64,000 nt of DNA from Clostridia bacterium (lineage in GTDB: Bacteria > Bacillota > Clostridia > JAAYHZ01): positions 32,001 through 96,000 of the forward strand of contig JBMNIH010000011.1 in assembly GCA_050950825.1 (NCBI GenBank). Direction: 5' to 3'. Positions within the stretch are counted from its first letter, which is position 1. Every line of letters begins with the position of its first letter. Both the position numbers and the translations under genes were made by a program. Of the stretch, positions 1-9,055 are shown piece after piece. The notes under the pieces are model-generated. The model saw nothing but the letters and a program-made list of their open reading frames with translations. It was not told the origin of the DNA and searched no databases.

Positions 1-444
1 AATTCCGCAAGCGATGTTTAATCGGCGTAAAAGGCCTCCGCTTAGTTTTTTCGGATAGAACCGGGAAAAATCGTTCAGACCCGTAAATTCGATGGCTTCT
101 TGCACAAGCTTTTTTCTTAAGGCTTTGTCCGGAACATACAAGCCGCAGAAGTAATCGATGTTTTCATAAACGGTCAGCTCGTTGTATACCGCTACGTTCT
201 GCATGACGATGCCGATTTGGCGCTTGATGTCGTAAGCATCCGGTGTCATGGGCTTTCCGAAAATCTCAATGTCGCCCTTTTCATATTCCAACAAGGACAA
301 TATGCAATTGATGGCCGTGGTTTTCCCGGAGCCGTTCGGACCTAAAAGACCGAAAATCTCTCCTTCTTTTACCTGCAACGATAAGTGGTCCAGCGCTACC
401 AAATCTCCGTAACGCTTCACTAAGTTTTTAACGTTTATAACCAT
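1..444 (-). CDS. ABC transporter ATP-binding protein (multidrug/LnrL-like), runs off the window edge
   Basis: Manual translation from ATG at 444: MVINVKNLVKRYGDLVALDHLSL..GPNGSGKTT (Walker A)..LSGG; AGGAGG RBS upstream. Confidence 0.9.
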   Translation of the reverse strand, partial: MVINVKNLVKRYGDLVALDHLSLQVKEGEIFGLLGPNGSGKTTAINCILSLLEYEKGDIEIFGKPMTPDAYDIKRQIGIVMQNVAVYNELTVYENIDYFCGLYVPDKALRKKLVQEAIEFTGLNDFSRFYPKKLSGGLLRRLNIACGI

Positions 445-539
445 GAATAGGTATCCTCCTTTTTGCTTTTCGTATCTTACATCCTCATTTTACGGTTCCC
501 GGATACCCGATAACAGTGTCTTCCATCATATTCTCAAGA

Positions 540-551
540 TGACAAATGTCA
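540..551. promoter_or_regulatory. Inverted repeat TGACA-N2-TGTCA, probable response-regulator site
   Basis: Palindrome between the divergent ABC gene and the NarL-type two-component system. Confidence 0.55.
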
Positions 552-600
552 CAAGATCGTGTTACAATGAAAAAAACGTTATTGGACATGAGGTTTTAAG

Positions 601-1677
601 ATGCATACGGAGAATTTAATCGATAAAACCGTTCTATTCTTATGCTGCCTGGTCTTTTATCTTTGCCAAAATGCATTTGAAAGCCGGGTGGCCGTCGTCC
701 TTACGGCTGTGTCCTTCGGCACGTTCCTCAGCTATTTCGACAAGGAGATCGTAAAGGTCCTAATAACGGTTTTTTACTCCGTTTTATGCCTTCTTTATCC
801 CCCTTTGGTCCTTTACCTTCCGGTTATTGCGTACGACATGATATTCAATAAATACCAAGCCGTAAATCTTGTAGCCATCGCTCCTTTTGTTCTTTTTGCC
901 CAAAATGCTCCTCTTCCCGTAACCGCGACGGTTGCAAGTATGCTGTTTTTCTCCCTCTTGCTCCGCTGCCGCACCCAAAAGAAAATTGACTATAAACGGC
1001 AGTGCAGCATCCTATCCGACAAAACCTTGGAGATGTCCCGGCTCCTTGAGGAGCAAAAACGAGATTTAATCGCCCGACAAGACGACGAGCTTGCCATCGC
1101 CACCTTAAATGAGCGAAACCGCATTGCCAGGGAAATCCATGACAATGTGGGTCATCTTCTGTCCGGCTCGATTCTGCAGACGGCGGCCCTTCAAACCGTA
1201 GCAAAGGACAAAGGGATAAAAGAAGGCTTGGAAACCCTAAACCGCACCCTGACCCAAGCCATGGACAATATACGCCAAAGCGTCCATGATATTTACGACC
1301 AATCCATCGATTTGAATCTGGAAATCGAGAAAATCATAGACCGGTTTCAATTTTGCGAGGTCCGCTACGATTATTCTTTCAATAGCAATCAGGATAAAAA
1401 ATTAAAGTACGCCTTCATCGCCATTGTCAAGGAGGCTTTGGCCAATGTTGCCAAGCATTCCGACGCCACTTACGTCTCTATAACGTTTCGGGAGCACCCC
1501 GCCTTCTACCAATTGGTCATAAAAGACAACGGGCACGTAAAGGAATACCGAACCGATGAAGGGTTGGGCTTAAAAAACATGGCGGACCGGGTAGAGTCCT
1601 TTCACGGTCATATGAATATTTCCGTTGACCAAGGTTTTCAAATATTTATTACCATTCCGAAGGAGAAACAAGAATGA
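601..1677 (+). CDS. Membrane sensor histidine kinase (HisKA_3 type)
   Basis: ERNRIAREIHDNVGH H-box, EALANVAKHS N-box, DNG and GLGL boxes, N-terminal TM helices. Confidence 0.93.
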   Translation: MHTENLIDKTVLFLCCLVFYLCQNAFESRVAVVLTAVSFGTFLSYFDKEIVKVLITVFYSVLCLLYPPLVLYLPVIAYDMIFNKYQAVNLVAIAPFVLFAQNAPLPVTATVASMLFFSLLLRCRTQKKIDYKRQCSILSDKTLEMSRLLEEQKRDLIARQDDELAIATLNERNRIAREIHDNVGHLLSGSILQTAALQTVAKDKGIKEGLETLNRTLTQAMDNIRQSVHDIYDQSIDLNLEIEKIIDRFQFCEVRYDYSFNSNQDKKLKYAFIAIVKEALANVAKHSDATYVSITFREHPAFYQLVIKDNGHVKEYRTDEGLGLKNMADRVESFHGHMNISVDQGFQIFITIPKEKQE

Positions 1678-2291
1678 AAACAGTCATTATCGATGACGAT
1701 CCCTTAGTAACGTCTTCATTGAAAATTATTTTGGAATCGGACCCGGATATAAAGGTGGCGGGAACGGGCAACAGCGGTTCGGAAGCCCTTTCTCTTTACC
1801 GGCAAATGAAACCGGACGTTCTTTTAATGGATATCCGGATGGACGGTATGACGGGGTTAGAAGCGGCGGAAAGCATTTTAAAAGACGATCCCAATGCCAA
1901 AATATTGTTCTTAACCACATTTTCCGACTACGAATACATTGCCAAAGCCTTTCAAATCGGTGCCAAAGGATACATCCTAAAGCAAAACTACCAAAGCATC
2001 ATTCCTTCCGTCAAGGCCGTCTTTTTAGGACAGCGCGTCTTCGGAGACGAAATTATGAGCAAACTTCCCGCCTTCGGCGCGAAGGCTCCTAAGGATTTTA
2101 AAAGGTTCGATTTAAGCGACAAGGAAATCGAAATCATGACCTTGGTGGCAAAGGGGCTTTCCAACAAGGAAATCTCCGAAACCCTGTTTTTAGGGGAAGG
2201 CACCGTTCGAAACTACATCAGCACCATACTGGACAAGCTGAACCTTCGAGACCGGACCCAGCTTGCCATCTTTTATTATAGGAATATATAG
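1674..2291 (+). CDS. NarL/LuxR-family response regulator
   Basis: IIDDD and LMDIRM receiver motifs; LSNKEIS..TVRNYISTIL..RDRTQLA HTH; ATGA overlap with the kinase. Confidence 0.95.
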   Translation: MKTVIIDDDPLVTSSLKIILESDPDIKVAGTGNSGSEALSLYRQMKPDVLLMDIRMDGMTGLEAAESILKDDPNAKILFLTTFSDYEYIAKAFQIGAKGYILKQNYQSIIPSVKAVFLGQRVFGDEIMSKLPAFGAKAPKDFKRFDLSDKEIEIMTLVAKGLSNKEISETLFLGEGTVRNYISTILDKLNLRDRTQLAIFYYRNI

Positions 2292-2407
2292 ATATTTTAC
2301 CGTTGTCCCTTCACAAGATGAGGATAACAAGTCATTTTCATGCCGTATTTTTCTTACGATAACCGGTAAAAAGATGCTTTTTTATTGTCCTTCGCCTTCA
2401 TTGGCTT

Positions 2408-2444
2408 TCGGATAGTTGACTAGTCAACTATCCGACGCTATAAT
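2408..2444 (+). promoter_or_regulatory. Sigma-A promoter with a perfect 28-bp palindromic operator (probably MarR)
   Basis: TCGGATAGTTGACT|AGTCAACTATCCGA at 2408-2435 overlaps TTGACT(2416)-17 bp-TATAAT(2439). Confidence 0.85.
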
Positions 2445-2480
2445 ATATTCAATCTTATTGGAAACAGAGGTCTTTTTATC

Positions 2481-2924
2481 ATGTTATACATCCGGGATAT
2501 GTGGCTGGCCATGAAAAACGTAATTCGAACCGCAAGAAAAACCATCAACAAAAATTTAGAGCCCTTGAATTTATCCGGTGCCGAAGGCGACATGTTATAC
2601 ATCCTTCTGACCGGCAGCAACGGCCTTCGACAGGAACAGCTTGCGGAGCAATTGGATATCGGAAAAGCCGCCGCCTCTCGTGTTATTGATTCTCTTGAAG
2701 CAAAAGGCTACGTGATGCGCATGCGCGAAGACGAAGACAAGCGAGCTTACCGTATCCTTCTTACGGATACGGCATATACTGCAGAAGAAAGTATCAAAGC
2801 CGTTTACGACAATCTCTACGCCCTCGTGAGAAAAGGTATCGCCGACGAGGATGTACTTCATGTGGGGCACCTATTGTCTCGCATAGTGGATAATCTAAAC
2901 GGAGGAACCGAAAATGTTGATTGA
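2481..2924 (+). CDS. MarR-family transcriptional regulator
   Basis: Winged HTH QEQLAEQLDIGKAAASRVIDSLEAKGYV..DKR..ILLT. Confidence 0.92.
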   Translation: MLYIRDMWLAMKNVIRTARKTINKNLEPLNLSGAEGDMLYILLTGSNGLRQEQLAEQLDIGKAAASRVIDSLEAKGYVMRMREDEDKRAYRILLTDTAYTAEESIKAVYDNLYALVRKGIADEDVLHVGHLLSRIVDNLNGGTENVD

Positions 2925-3624
2925 GTTTATTAAAGGTTTCGGATTATTGGTGGCCTATTATCTCGTGTTTATTGCCATCGCCGTGGTTATGCGCAAATTT
3001 ATCGATATCCCGTCGGAGATCTTTCGTAAAATGCTGCATTTGATTGTCTTGGCCTCCGTATTTATTTTCACATACGGCTTTCAGACTTGGTGGATATCCT
3101 GTATAGCAGCCATCAGCTTCATAATCCTCATATTCCCCGTTCTTTCTTTATTGGAACGCTTGGAGGGCTTTTCTTGGTTTTTTGTGGAGCGCAAATCCGG
3201 AGAGCTCAAGCTCAGCCTGATCGTAGGCTTCGCTATGTTCGCGATTTTGACCGCCGCCGGCTGGGGACTGTTCGACAAAAAATACATCGTTGTCGTCTCC
3301 GTCCTTGCCTGGGGCTTCGGTGATGCTACGGCAGCGCTATTCGGCAAACGCTTCGGCAAGCACTACATTACGGGGAAACTGGTGGAGGGGCGCAAAACCT
3401 TGGAGGGCTCCTTGTCCATGTACGTCATATCTTTCATTACGGTATCGGTGATTTTGCTTGCCGAGGGCGCTTTCGTATGGTACGTCAGTTTATTGGCCGC
3501 CGCCTTAACCGCAGCCGCTTGCACGGCGGTGGAGCTGTATACAAGAAACGGGATGGACACCATCACCTGCCCTTTGGCATCGGCAGCGGTGATTATACTG
3601 TTTAACCACTTTTGGAGGTCGTAA
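2914..3624 (+). CDS. Diacylglycerol/polyprenol (phytol/dolichol) kinase family membrane protein
   Basis: RKMLH, GDATAALFGKRFG, KTLEGS and DTITCP motifs of the CTP-dependent isoprenol kinase family. Confidence 0.82.
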   Translation: MLIEFIKGFGLLVAYYLVFIAIAVVMRKFIDIPSEIFRKMLHLIVLASVFIFTYGFQTWWISCIAAISFIILIFPVLSLLERLEGFSWFFVERKSGELKLSLIVGFAMFAILTAAGWGLFDKKYIVVVSVLAWGFGDATAALFGKRFGKHYITGKLVEGRKTLEGSLSMYVISFITVSVILLAEGAFVWYVSLLAAALTAAACTAVELYTRNGMDTITCPLASAAVIILFNHFWRS

Positions 3625-4262
3625 TGGAAACACAAAAATCCGGAGAACGCACCCTATTGGCCTCCATTCTCTTAAGCTCGCCCGGCCCTCTTGTGTTGGG
3701 TACGGCGCTTTTTTTCGGCCGTTCGTCCACGCAGATAGCCGATTTCGTACGACGTACGTCGGAGCTGGCGGCGATCTTCGTATCGTGGATCGTGTTTCGA
3801 AGGATCCGTAAGGAAGAGGAGATATCCTTTGAGCATAAAGAAAAATTGGAGAAAATCGCAAACTTAAGCGTCGGTATCGCCATGTGCTTATCCGGAACGG
3901 CCATGACATTAATCGCATTGCTGTCGGAAAATACGGAAAAAGGGAACGTAATTCCCGCCCTTGTTATCGCTCTTTTGGGAGTAATTACGAATTCTTGGTT
4001 TTGGATTCGCTATACCAATCTGGGTCGAAGCTTAAAAGACAACGTTCTTACGGTTCAAAGCAAGCTGTATCGTGCAAAAACCTTTGTAGATCTCTGCGTT
4101 ACCGCGGCGTTATTCGTCGTTGTCATTAAGCCTTCCTCCTCCGTTGCGGAAATAACGGATTTGGCAGGCTCCCTCATCGTTTCGCTGTATCTTTTCGTGA
4201 CCGGCATCGCCGTTATCGCCGGAAAAAGCTCCGTTGTGAAAAATCAAATAACGAAAGAATGA
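3624..4262 (+). CDS. Cation diffusion facilitator-like TM-only protein, atypical metal site
   Basis: About 6 TM helices; S..QIADFVRRTSE and EKIANLSVG correspond to CDF TM2/TM3; no C-terminal domain; ATG overlaps the upstream stop. Confidence 0.65.
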   Translation: METQKSGERTLLASILLSSPGPLVLGTALFFGRSSTQIADFVRRTSELAAIFVSWIVFRRIRKEEEISFEHKEKLEKIANLSVGIAMCLSGTAMTLIALLSENTEKGNVIPALVIALLGVITNSWFWIRYTNLGRSLKDNVLTVQSKLYRAKTFVDLCVTAALFVVVIKPSSSVAEITDLAGSLIVSLYLFVTGIAVIAGKSSVVKNQITKE

Positions 4263-4305
4263 TTGGTCTTAAGGCTTAAACCGAGAAAGATAAAGGAGGA
4301 ATAAT

Positions 4306-5214
4306 ATGGATAACGCAAAAATTATGGAACGGATTACCCGAAGGCCCTCCGGAAAATTGGACATGGTGCTTGATACGGATACCTACAATGAAATCGACGA
4401 CCAATTTGCCCTCTGCTATGCTCTGTGCGCCGAAGACAAGCTGAATGTAAAAGCCGTTTACGCGGCACCTTTTTTCAATCCGAAGTCGGCCGGTCCGAAG
4501 GACGGAATGGAAAAAAGCTACGAAGAGATCGTAAAGCTTTTAAGCTCTATGGGAAAAAGCCATGAAGGCTTTGTTTTCAAAGGCTCGGATCGGTACTTGG
4601 AAGACCGAAGCACTCCATGCGACAATCCGGCGGTGCGGGATTTGATTGAAAAAGCATTGGCGCAGCCTGCGGATCGCCCTTTGTACGTCGCCTCCATCGG
4701 AGCCATTACGAATGTGGCGTCGGCCATACTGATAGAGCCTCGGATCATCGAAAAAATCGTGGTGGTATGGCAGGGAGGACATATTCATAGTTATCCTCAC
4801 ACGAGGGATTTTAACATGTACCAAGACAAAACGGCGGTCAACGTTGTTTTCGACAGCAAGGTTCCCTTGGTGCAGATACCCGCTAGAGGTGTTGCGTCCC
4901 AATTGATTACCACGCTGTACGACCTTTCCGCTCATTTGAAGGGTAAAAACAAGATGTGCGATATGTTGTTGGAAATTTATGAAGCTTGTACTTCCGATCA
5001 CTTCGGATACGGACGTGTGATTTGGGACATATCCACCATCGCTTGGCTCATTAATCCTTCGTGGGTGCCCGGGGCTTTTGTCAGCAGTCCGATTGTCAAT
5101 GAAAACGATCAATACAGCTTCGATCCGAGGCGCCATTTGATTTACTGTACCTACGACATCAACCGAAATGCCGTTTTCCGGGATATATACAAACGGTTGA
5201 TCGATTACGTGTAA
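4306..5214 (+). CDS. Nucleoside hydrolase family protein
   Basis: LDTDTYNEIDDQFAL Ca-binding motif, IGAITNVA, DFNMYQD, IWD. Confidence 0.88.
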   Translation: MDNAKIMERITRRPSGKLDMVLDTDTYNEIDDQFALCYALCAEDKLNVKAVYAAPFFNPKSAGPKDGMEKSYEEIVKLLSSMGKSHEGFVFKGSDRYLEDRSTPCDNPAVRDLIEKALAQPADRPLYVASIGAITNVASAILIEPRIIEKIVVVWQGGHIHSYPHTRDFNMYQDKTAVNVVFDSKVPLVQIPARGVASQLITTLYDLSAHLKGKNKMCDMLLEIYEACTSDHFGYGRVIWDISTIAWLINPSWVPGAFVSSPIVNENDQYSFDPRRHLIYCTYDINRNAVFRDIYKRLIDYV

Positions 5215-5451
5215 AGAATTAATCGGATATCCCGAAAAAGCAAGAAGCCCTTTCGCTTTAAGAGCCATTGATAAAAGGAGCATTCGGCTGCCTGTAAACC
5301 GTATATATGGACAGGTATGCCTTTTGTTTTATATGACCGGTTTTTTGACTGTACACATTTTTATTGCGAAGCTTTATGTCAATCACGTGAAAAATAGAAT
5401 TTATATTTTATCGAAAAAAAAGAAATAATACAAAAATTCACAAAAAACGAA

Positions 5452-5480
5452 TTGACAAACGGTCTCTTTGTTTTTATAAT
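5452..5480 (+). promoter_or_regulatory. Consensus sigma-A promoter of metY
   Basis: TTGACA-17 bp-TATAAT. Confidence 0.85.
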
Positions 5481-5550
5481 TCATATAATTCCGATAGGAA
5501 TAATAATATTACCTTCATAAAGTATAATATGAACGGAAAGGCGGTATGTT

Positions 5551-6855
5551 ATGAAACAAAATAAGCAGTACAAGTTTGAAACCCTCCAGATACACGTCGG
5601 TCAAGAACAGCCCGACAGTGCAACCGGTGCGCGGGCTGTTCCCATATATGCCACCACCTCTTACGTGTTTGAAAACAGCGCCCAAGCGGCGGGACGATTT
5701 GCCCTTACCGAAAGCGGCAACATTTATACACGATTGATGAATCCTACTACCGATGTATTCGAAAAAAGAATCGCCGCGTTAGAAGGCGGTATCGGGGCCT
5801 TAGCCACCTCCTCCGGAGCGGCGGCCGTAGCCTATGCCATACAAAACATCGCCATTGCCGGCGACCACATCGTTTCCTCCAATGCCATTTACGGAGGCAC
5901 CTACAACTATTTTGCCAACACGTTAAAAGAGTCCGGAGTGGAAACCACTTTTGTAGACGGAAGCAATACAGACAACTTTAAAAACGCCATTCGTCCGAAT
6001 ACAAAAGCCATCTTCATCGAAAGCTTAGGAAATCCCAACAGCGATGTCATTGATATTGAGGCTGTAGCCAAGATTGCCCATGAAAACGGCATTCCCCTGC
6101 TTGTCGACAATACCTTCGCTACGCCTTTCCTTCTTCGCCCCATTGAATTGGGTGCCGACATCGTAATCCATTCCGCTACCAAGTTTATCGGCGGGCACGG
6201 AACCGTCCTCGGCGGCGTCATCGTGGACGGAGGCCGATTCGATTGGGCGGCAAACGATAAGTTCCCCGGTCTTTCGAAGCCTTGCCCCGGATACCACGGA
6301 ATCGTGTTTACCGAAGCGGTGGGAAAAGCGGCCTATATCATCAAGCTGCGCACAACCCTCATGAGAGATACCGGAGCCGCCATCAGTCCTTTTAACTCCT
6401 TCTTGTTGCTGCAGGGACTGGAAACACTGTCGCTTCGCGTGGAACGCCACGTAGAAAACGCGCTGAAAACCGTGGAGTTTTTGAAAAACCATCCCCAAGT
6501 GAAAAAAGTCAACCACCCCTCCTTGGAAGATCATCGGGACCATGAGCTTTACAAACGGTATTTCAAAAACGGTGCAGGCTCCATCTTTACATTCGAAATC
6601 AAGGGCGGAAGAAAAGCGGCTCAAAAATTCTGCGAAAGCTTGGAGCTCTTCTCTTTGCTGGCTAACGTAGCCGATGTGAAGTCCTTGGTCATTCATCCGG
6701 CTTCCACCACCCATTCCCAAATGACGGAAGAAGAGCTTTTGGCAAGCGGTATAACGCCTTCCACCATTCGGCTTTCCATCGGTACCGAACATATCGACGA
6801 TATTATCGACGATTTGCAGCAGGGCTTTGACGCCGTTAAGGATTTGGAGGATTAA
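5551..6855 (+). CDS. metY: O-acetylhomoserine sulfhydrylase (aminocarboxypropyltransferase/cysteine synthase)
   Basis: IYTRLMNPT, DNTFATP, HSATKFIGGHG (PLP lysine), ANVADVKSLVIHPASTTH. Confidence 0.93.
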   Translation: MKQNKQYKFETLQIHVGQEQPDSATGARAVPIYATTSYVFENSAQAAGRFALTESGNIYTRLMNPTTDVFEKRIAALEGGIGALATSSGAAAVAYAIQNIAIAGDHIVSSNAIYGGTYNYFANTLKESGVETTFVDGSNTDNFKNAIRPNTKAIFIESLGNPNSDVIDIEAVAKIAHENGIPLLVDNTFATPFLLRPIELGADIVIHSATKFIGGHGTVLGGVIVDGGRFDWAANDKFPGLSKPCPGYHGIVFTEAVGKAAYIIKLRTTLMRDTGAAISPFNSFLLLQGLETLSLRVERHVENALKTVEFLKNHPQVKKVNHPSLEDHRDHELYKRYFKNGAGSIFTFEIKGGRKAAQKFCESLELFSLLANVADVKSLVIHPASTTHSQMTEEELLASGITPSTIRLSIGTEHIDDIIDDLQQGFDAVKDLED

Positions 6856-6945
6856 TCGTCTAACAAAGATCTTGCTCCTTGTTTCGAATATCCCAGGCTT
6901 TTGTAAAACATAATAGGGATAGAAAACGAAAAGGAGCAAGCCGCA

Positions 6946-7785
6946 ATGAAGAAAATTACTCTCCGGGAGTTTGTAACCCTTCTTGTACAAAAATCCAAAG
7001 AGGACAACATAGCGGACTATGCTTATCGAATGACCTATAGCCTGTTGTTGTCCTTCTTTCCTTTTGCGGCTTTTCTTTTGTCCTTGATAAGCATGGCGGA
7101 TTTGGATTATACCCTCCTTATGACCTTTTCCGAAGCCTTTTTACCGAAGGAAGTCTACAGGCTGATACATGAGAATGTGACCCAAACGGAAAAAGAGCTT
7201 CGTACCCAATTCATGTCCTATTCCGCCCTCTTTGCCCTTTACGCGGCATCCGGCGGTTTTCGAGCCTTTATGGAAGGAGCCGACCGAGTCACGAATTCTC
7301 AAAAAAAAAGAAAAGCTTTTATGAAGTACGTTCTATCCGTAATTTGGGTTGTTCTATTTTCCTTCGCCATCGTTTCCGCCTTGTTAGGCATCGTTTTCGG
7401 GCAAAAGATATTGAACAAAATCAAAGAGCATTTACCCGCGCTGCCCGGGGAAGAGCTGTTGAATCTTTTTCGTATTCTGCTTCCCTTGGTATTTGTGTTC
7501 ATTCTTTTTTTATCGATCAATATGTTCGTCCCGTCAAGGCAAATATGTTTTTCATGCGCCTTACCCGGCTCTGTTTTTGTCACCGCCTTGTGGACGATAG
7601 CCACCTTGCTTTTCGGATTTTACGTCAACCGTTTTACCGACTACTCGAGGTTTTACGGAACCGTCGGCTCCGTCATTATCTTGCTGGTTTGGCTGCAATT
7701 GACCTCGGTGATTTTGCTTCTCGGAATGGAAGTCAACGATATATTCATGGATAAAGGCATAATAAAACCGAAAGAGCCTAAATAG
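6946..7785 (+). CDS. YihY/BrkB family membrane protein
   Basis: LLSFFP, PGSVFVT.LW, YGTVGSVIILLVW..ILLLGME motifs. Confidence 0.88.
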   Translation: MKKITLREFVTLLVQKSKEDNIADYAYRMTYSLLLSFFPFAAFLLSLISMADLDYTLLMTFSEAFLPKEVYRLIHENVTQTEKELRTQFMSYSALFALYAASGGFRAFMEGADRVTNSQKKRKAFMKYVLSVIWVVLFSFAIVSALLGIVFGQKILNKIKEHLPALPGEELLNLFRILLPLVFVFILFLSINMFVPSRQICFSCALPGSVFVTALWTIATLLFGFYVNRFTDYSRFYGTVGSVIILLVWLQLTSVILLLGMEVNDIFMDKGIIKPKEPK

Positions 7786-7838
7786 ATCTTTCGGTTTTGT
7801 TATACCTTCCGTTCAAATTTCATTTTTATTTTTCTTTC

Positions 7839-8867
7839 TTACGATACGATTCTTCTTGCCGTAACATACCGATTCGTATAGTAAGAGGAATTTAAGCTGC
7901 TGATGCACACGCTCATGGCCGAGCCGGAGGATGCGTGAATAAATTCACCGTTTCCTATGTAAATGCCTACGTGTCCGATCCCGGACCCGGAGCCGGGACT
8001 CGTAAATAGAATCAAATCACCCGGACGCAATTCCGATCTGGATACTTCGTATCCTACCGCTCGCTGGTCCGCCGCCACCCGAGGAAGGGTGATGTTAAAG
8101 TGTGCATATACGTAACGTGTAAATCCGGAGCAATCAAAGGAGTTCGGGCCGTTTCCGCCGTATACGTAAGGTACGCCGAGAAACTGTTTCGCATAAGCCA
8201 CGATGGCTTCTCCCGTGGAGCCTCCGGAATAGTTGTATTCCGCCGTATCCAAAGCCTTCGGATTGCCGAAAAGCTTGGCCAAGGTGACGGGTCCTGCAAT
8301 GCCGTCCACCGTTAAGCCGTTTACCCTTTGAAAGGTCATAAGGCCGTTTCTCGTCCTCGATCCGAAATCCCCGTCCGGATACCCTACGTTGTATCCCAGC
8401 TCGTTTAATCGGCTTTGCAGAAGGGCCACTTGGTGTCCCTTGCTTCCCATTCTTAATGCGCCTTGTATCGGTACGGATTGTCCGACGCTTGGAGCGGGTT
8501 CGCTCGGATTGGCTCTCGATTCCGCTTGGCTATCGTTATCGCCGCTTTCCGGCAGCATCCTATCGGTCTGTTCGACTCCCGAAAACATAACGTCCCATGT
8601 GGCGGGTCCTACAACACCGTCCACCTCCAAGTCGTTCATCTTTTGGAACAGGATTACGGCTTCGATGGTTTGAGGACCGGCTACGCCGTCAATATCGCCT
8701 ACCGGATAACCGAGCTCGTAAAGCCGCTGCTGCATTTGGCGAACATGCTCACCCCGGTCGCCCGCTTTTATGTACACCGCCGCAAAAACCGAATGCGACG
8801 TGAACATGACGGCTATCAGGATCACAATTAATAATACGATTCGTTTTTTTATTTTTTTCATCGTCAA
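7839..8867 (-). CDS. Secreted NlpC/P60 peptidoglycan endopeptidase with two PG-binding domains
   Basis: Signal peptide, two PG_binding_1 repeats (DGVAGPQT / DGIAGPVT), GVPYVYGG..FDCSG..HVGIY..FIHAS. Confidence 0.93.
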   Translation of the reverse strand: MTMKKIKKRIVLLIVILIAVMFTSHSVFAAVYIKAGDRGEHVRQMQQRLYELGYPVGDIDGVAGPQTIEAVILFQKMNDLEVDGVVGPATWDVMFSGVEQTDRMLPESGDNDSQAESRANPSEPAPSVGQSVPIQGALRMGSKGHQVALLQSRLNELGYNVGYPDGDFGSRTRNGLMTFQRVNGLTVDGIAGPVTLAKLFGNPKALDTAEYNYSGGSTGEAIVAYAKQFLGVPYVYGGNGPNSFDCSGFTRYVYAHFNITLPRVAADQRAVGYEVSRSELRPGDLILFTSPGSGSGIGHVGIYIGNGEFIHASSGSAMSVCISSLNSSYYTNRYVTARRIVS

Positions 8868-8923
8868 TTCCCACCCGTCAAAGATTTCCCGTTGTTTACC
8901 ATTTAATCACAACGGACGGTGCA

Positions 8924-8956
8924 AGTCAATGCGTCGGAGATTACAATGTTATTACA
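8924..8956 (-). promoter_or_regulatory. WalR-type box upstream of a TTGACT -35 element
   Basis: Minus strand TGTAAT-N5-TGTAAT (8940-8956), then TTGACT (8924-8929), ahead of the autolysin gene. Confidence 0.65.
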
Positions 8957-9055
8957 AAAAGAATACAAGGCAGGACAATGAAAAAATTTTGCATAAAAAA
9001 AAAGAGAAAGGAGGAGGATTTTAATCGAACGTCCTTTCTCGTATTACAACAAATG

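Noticed and set aside
5215-5550. SAM or T-box leader expected before metY
   Set aside because: The promoter is only about 70 bp from the ATG and no riboswitch motifs are present
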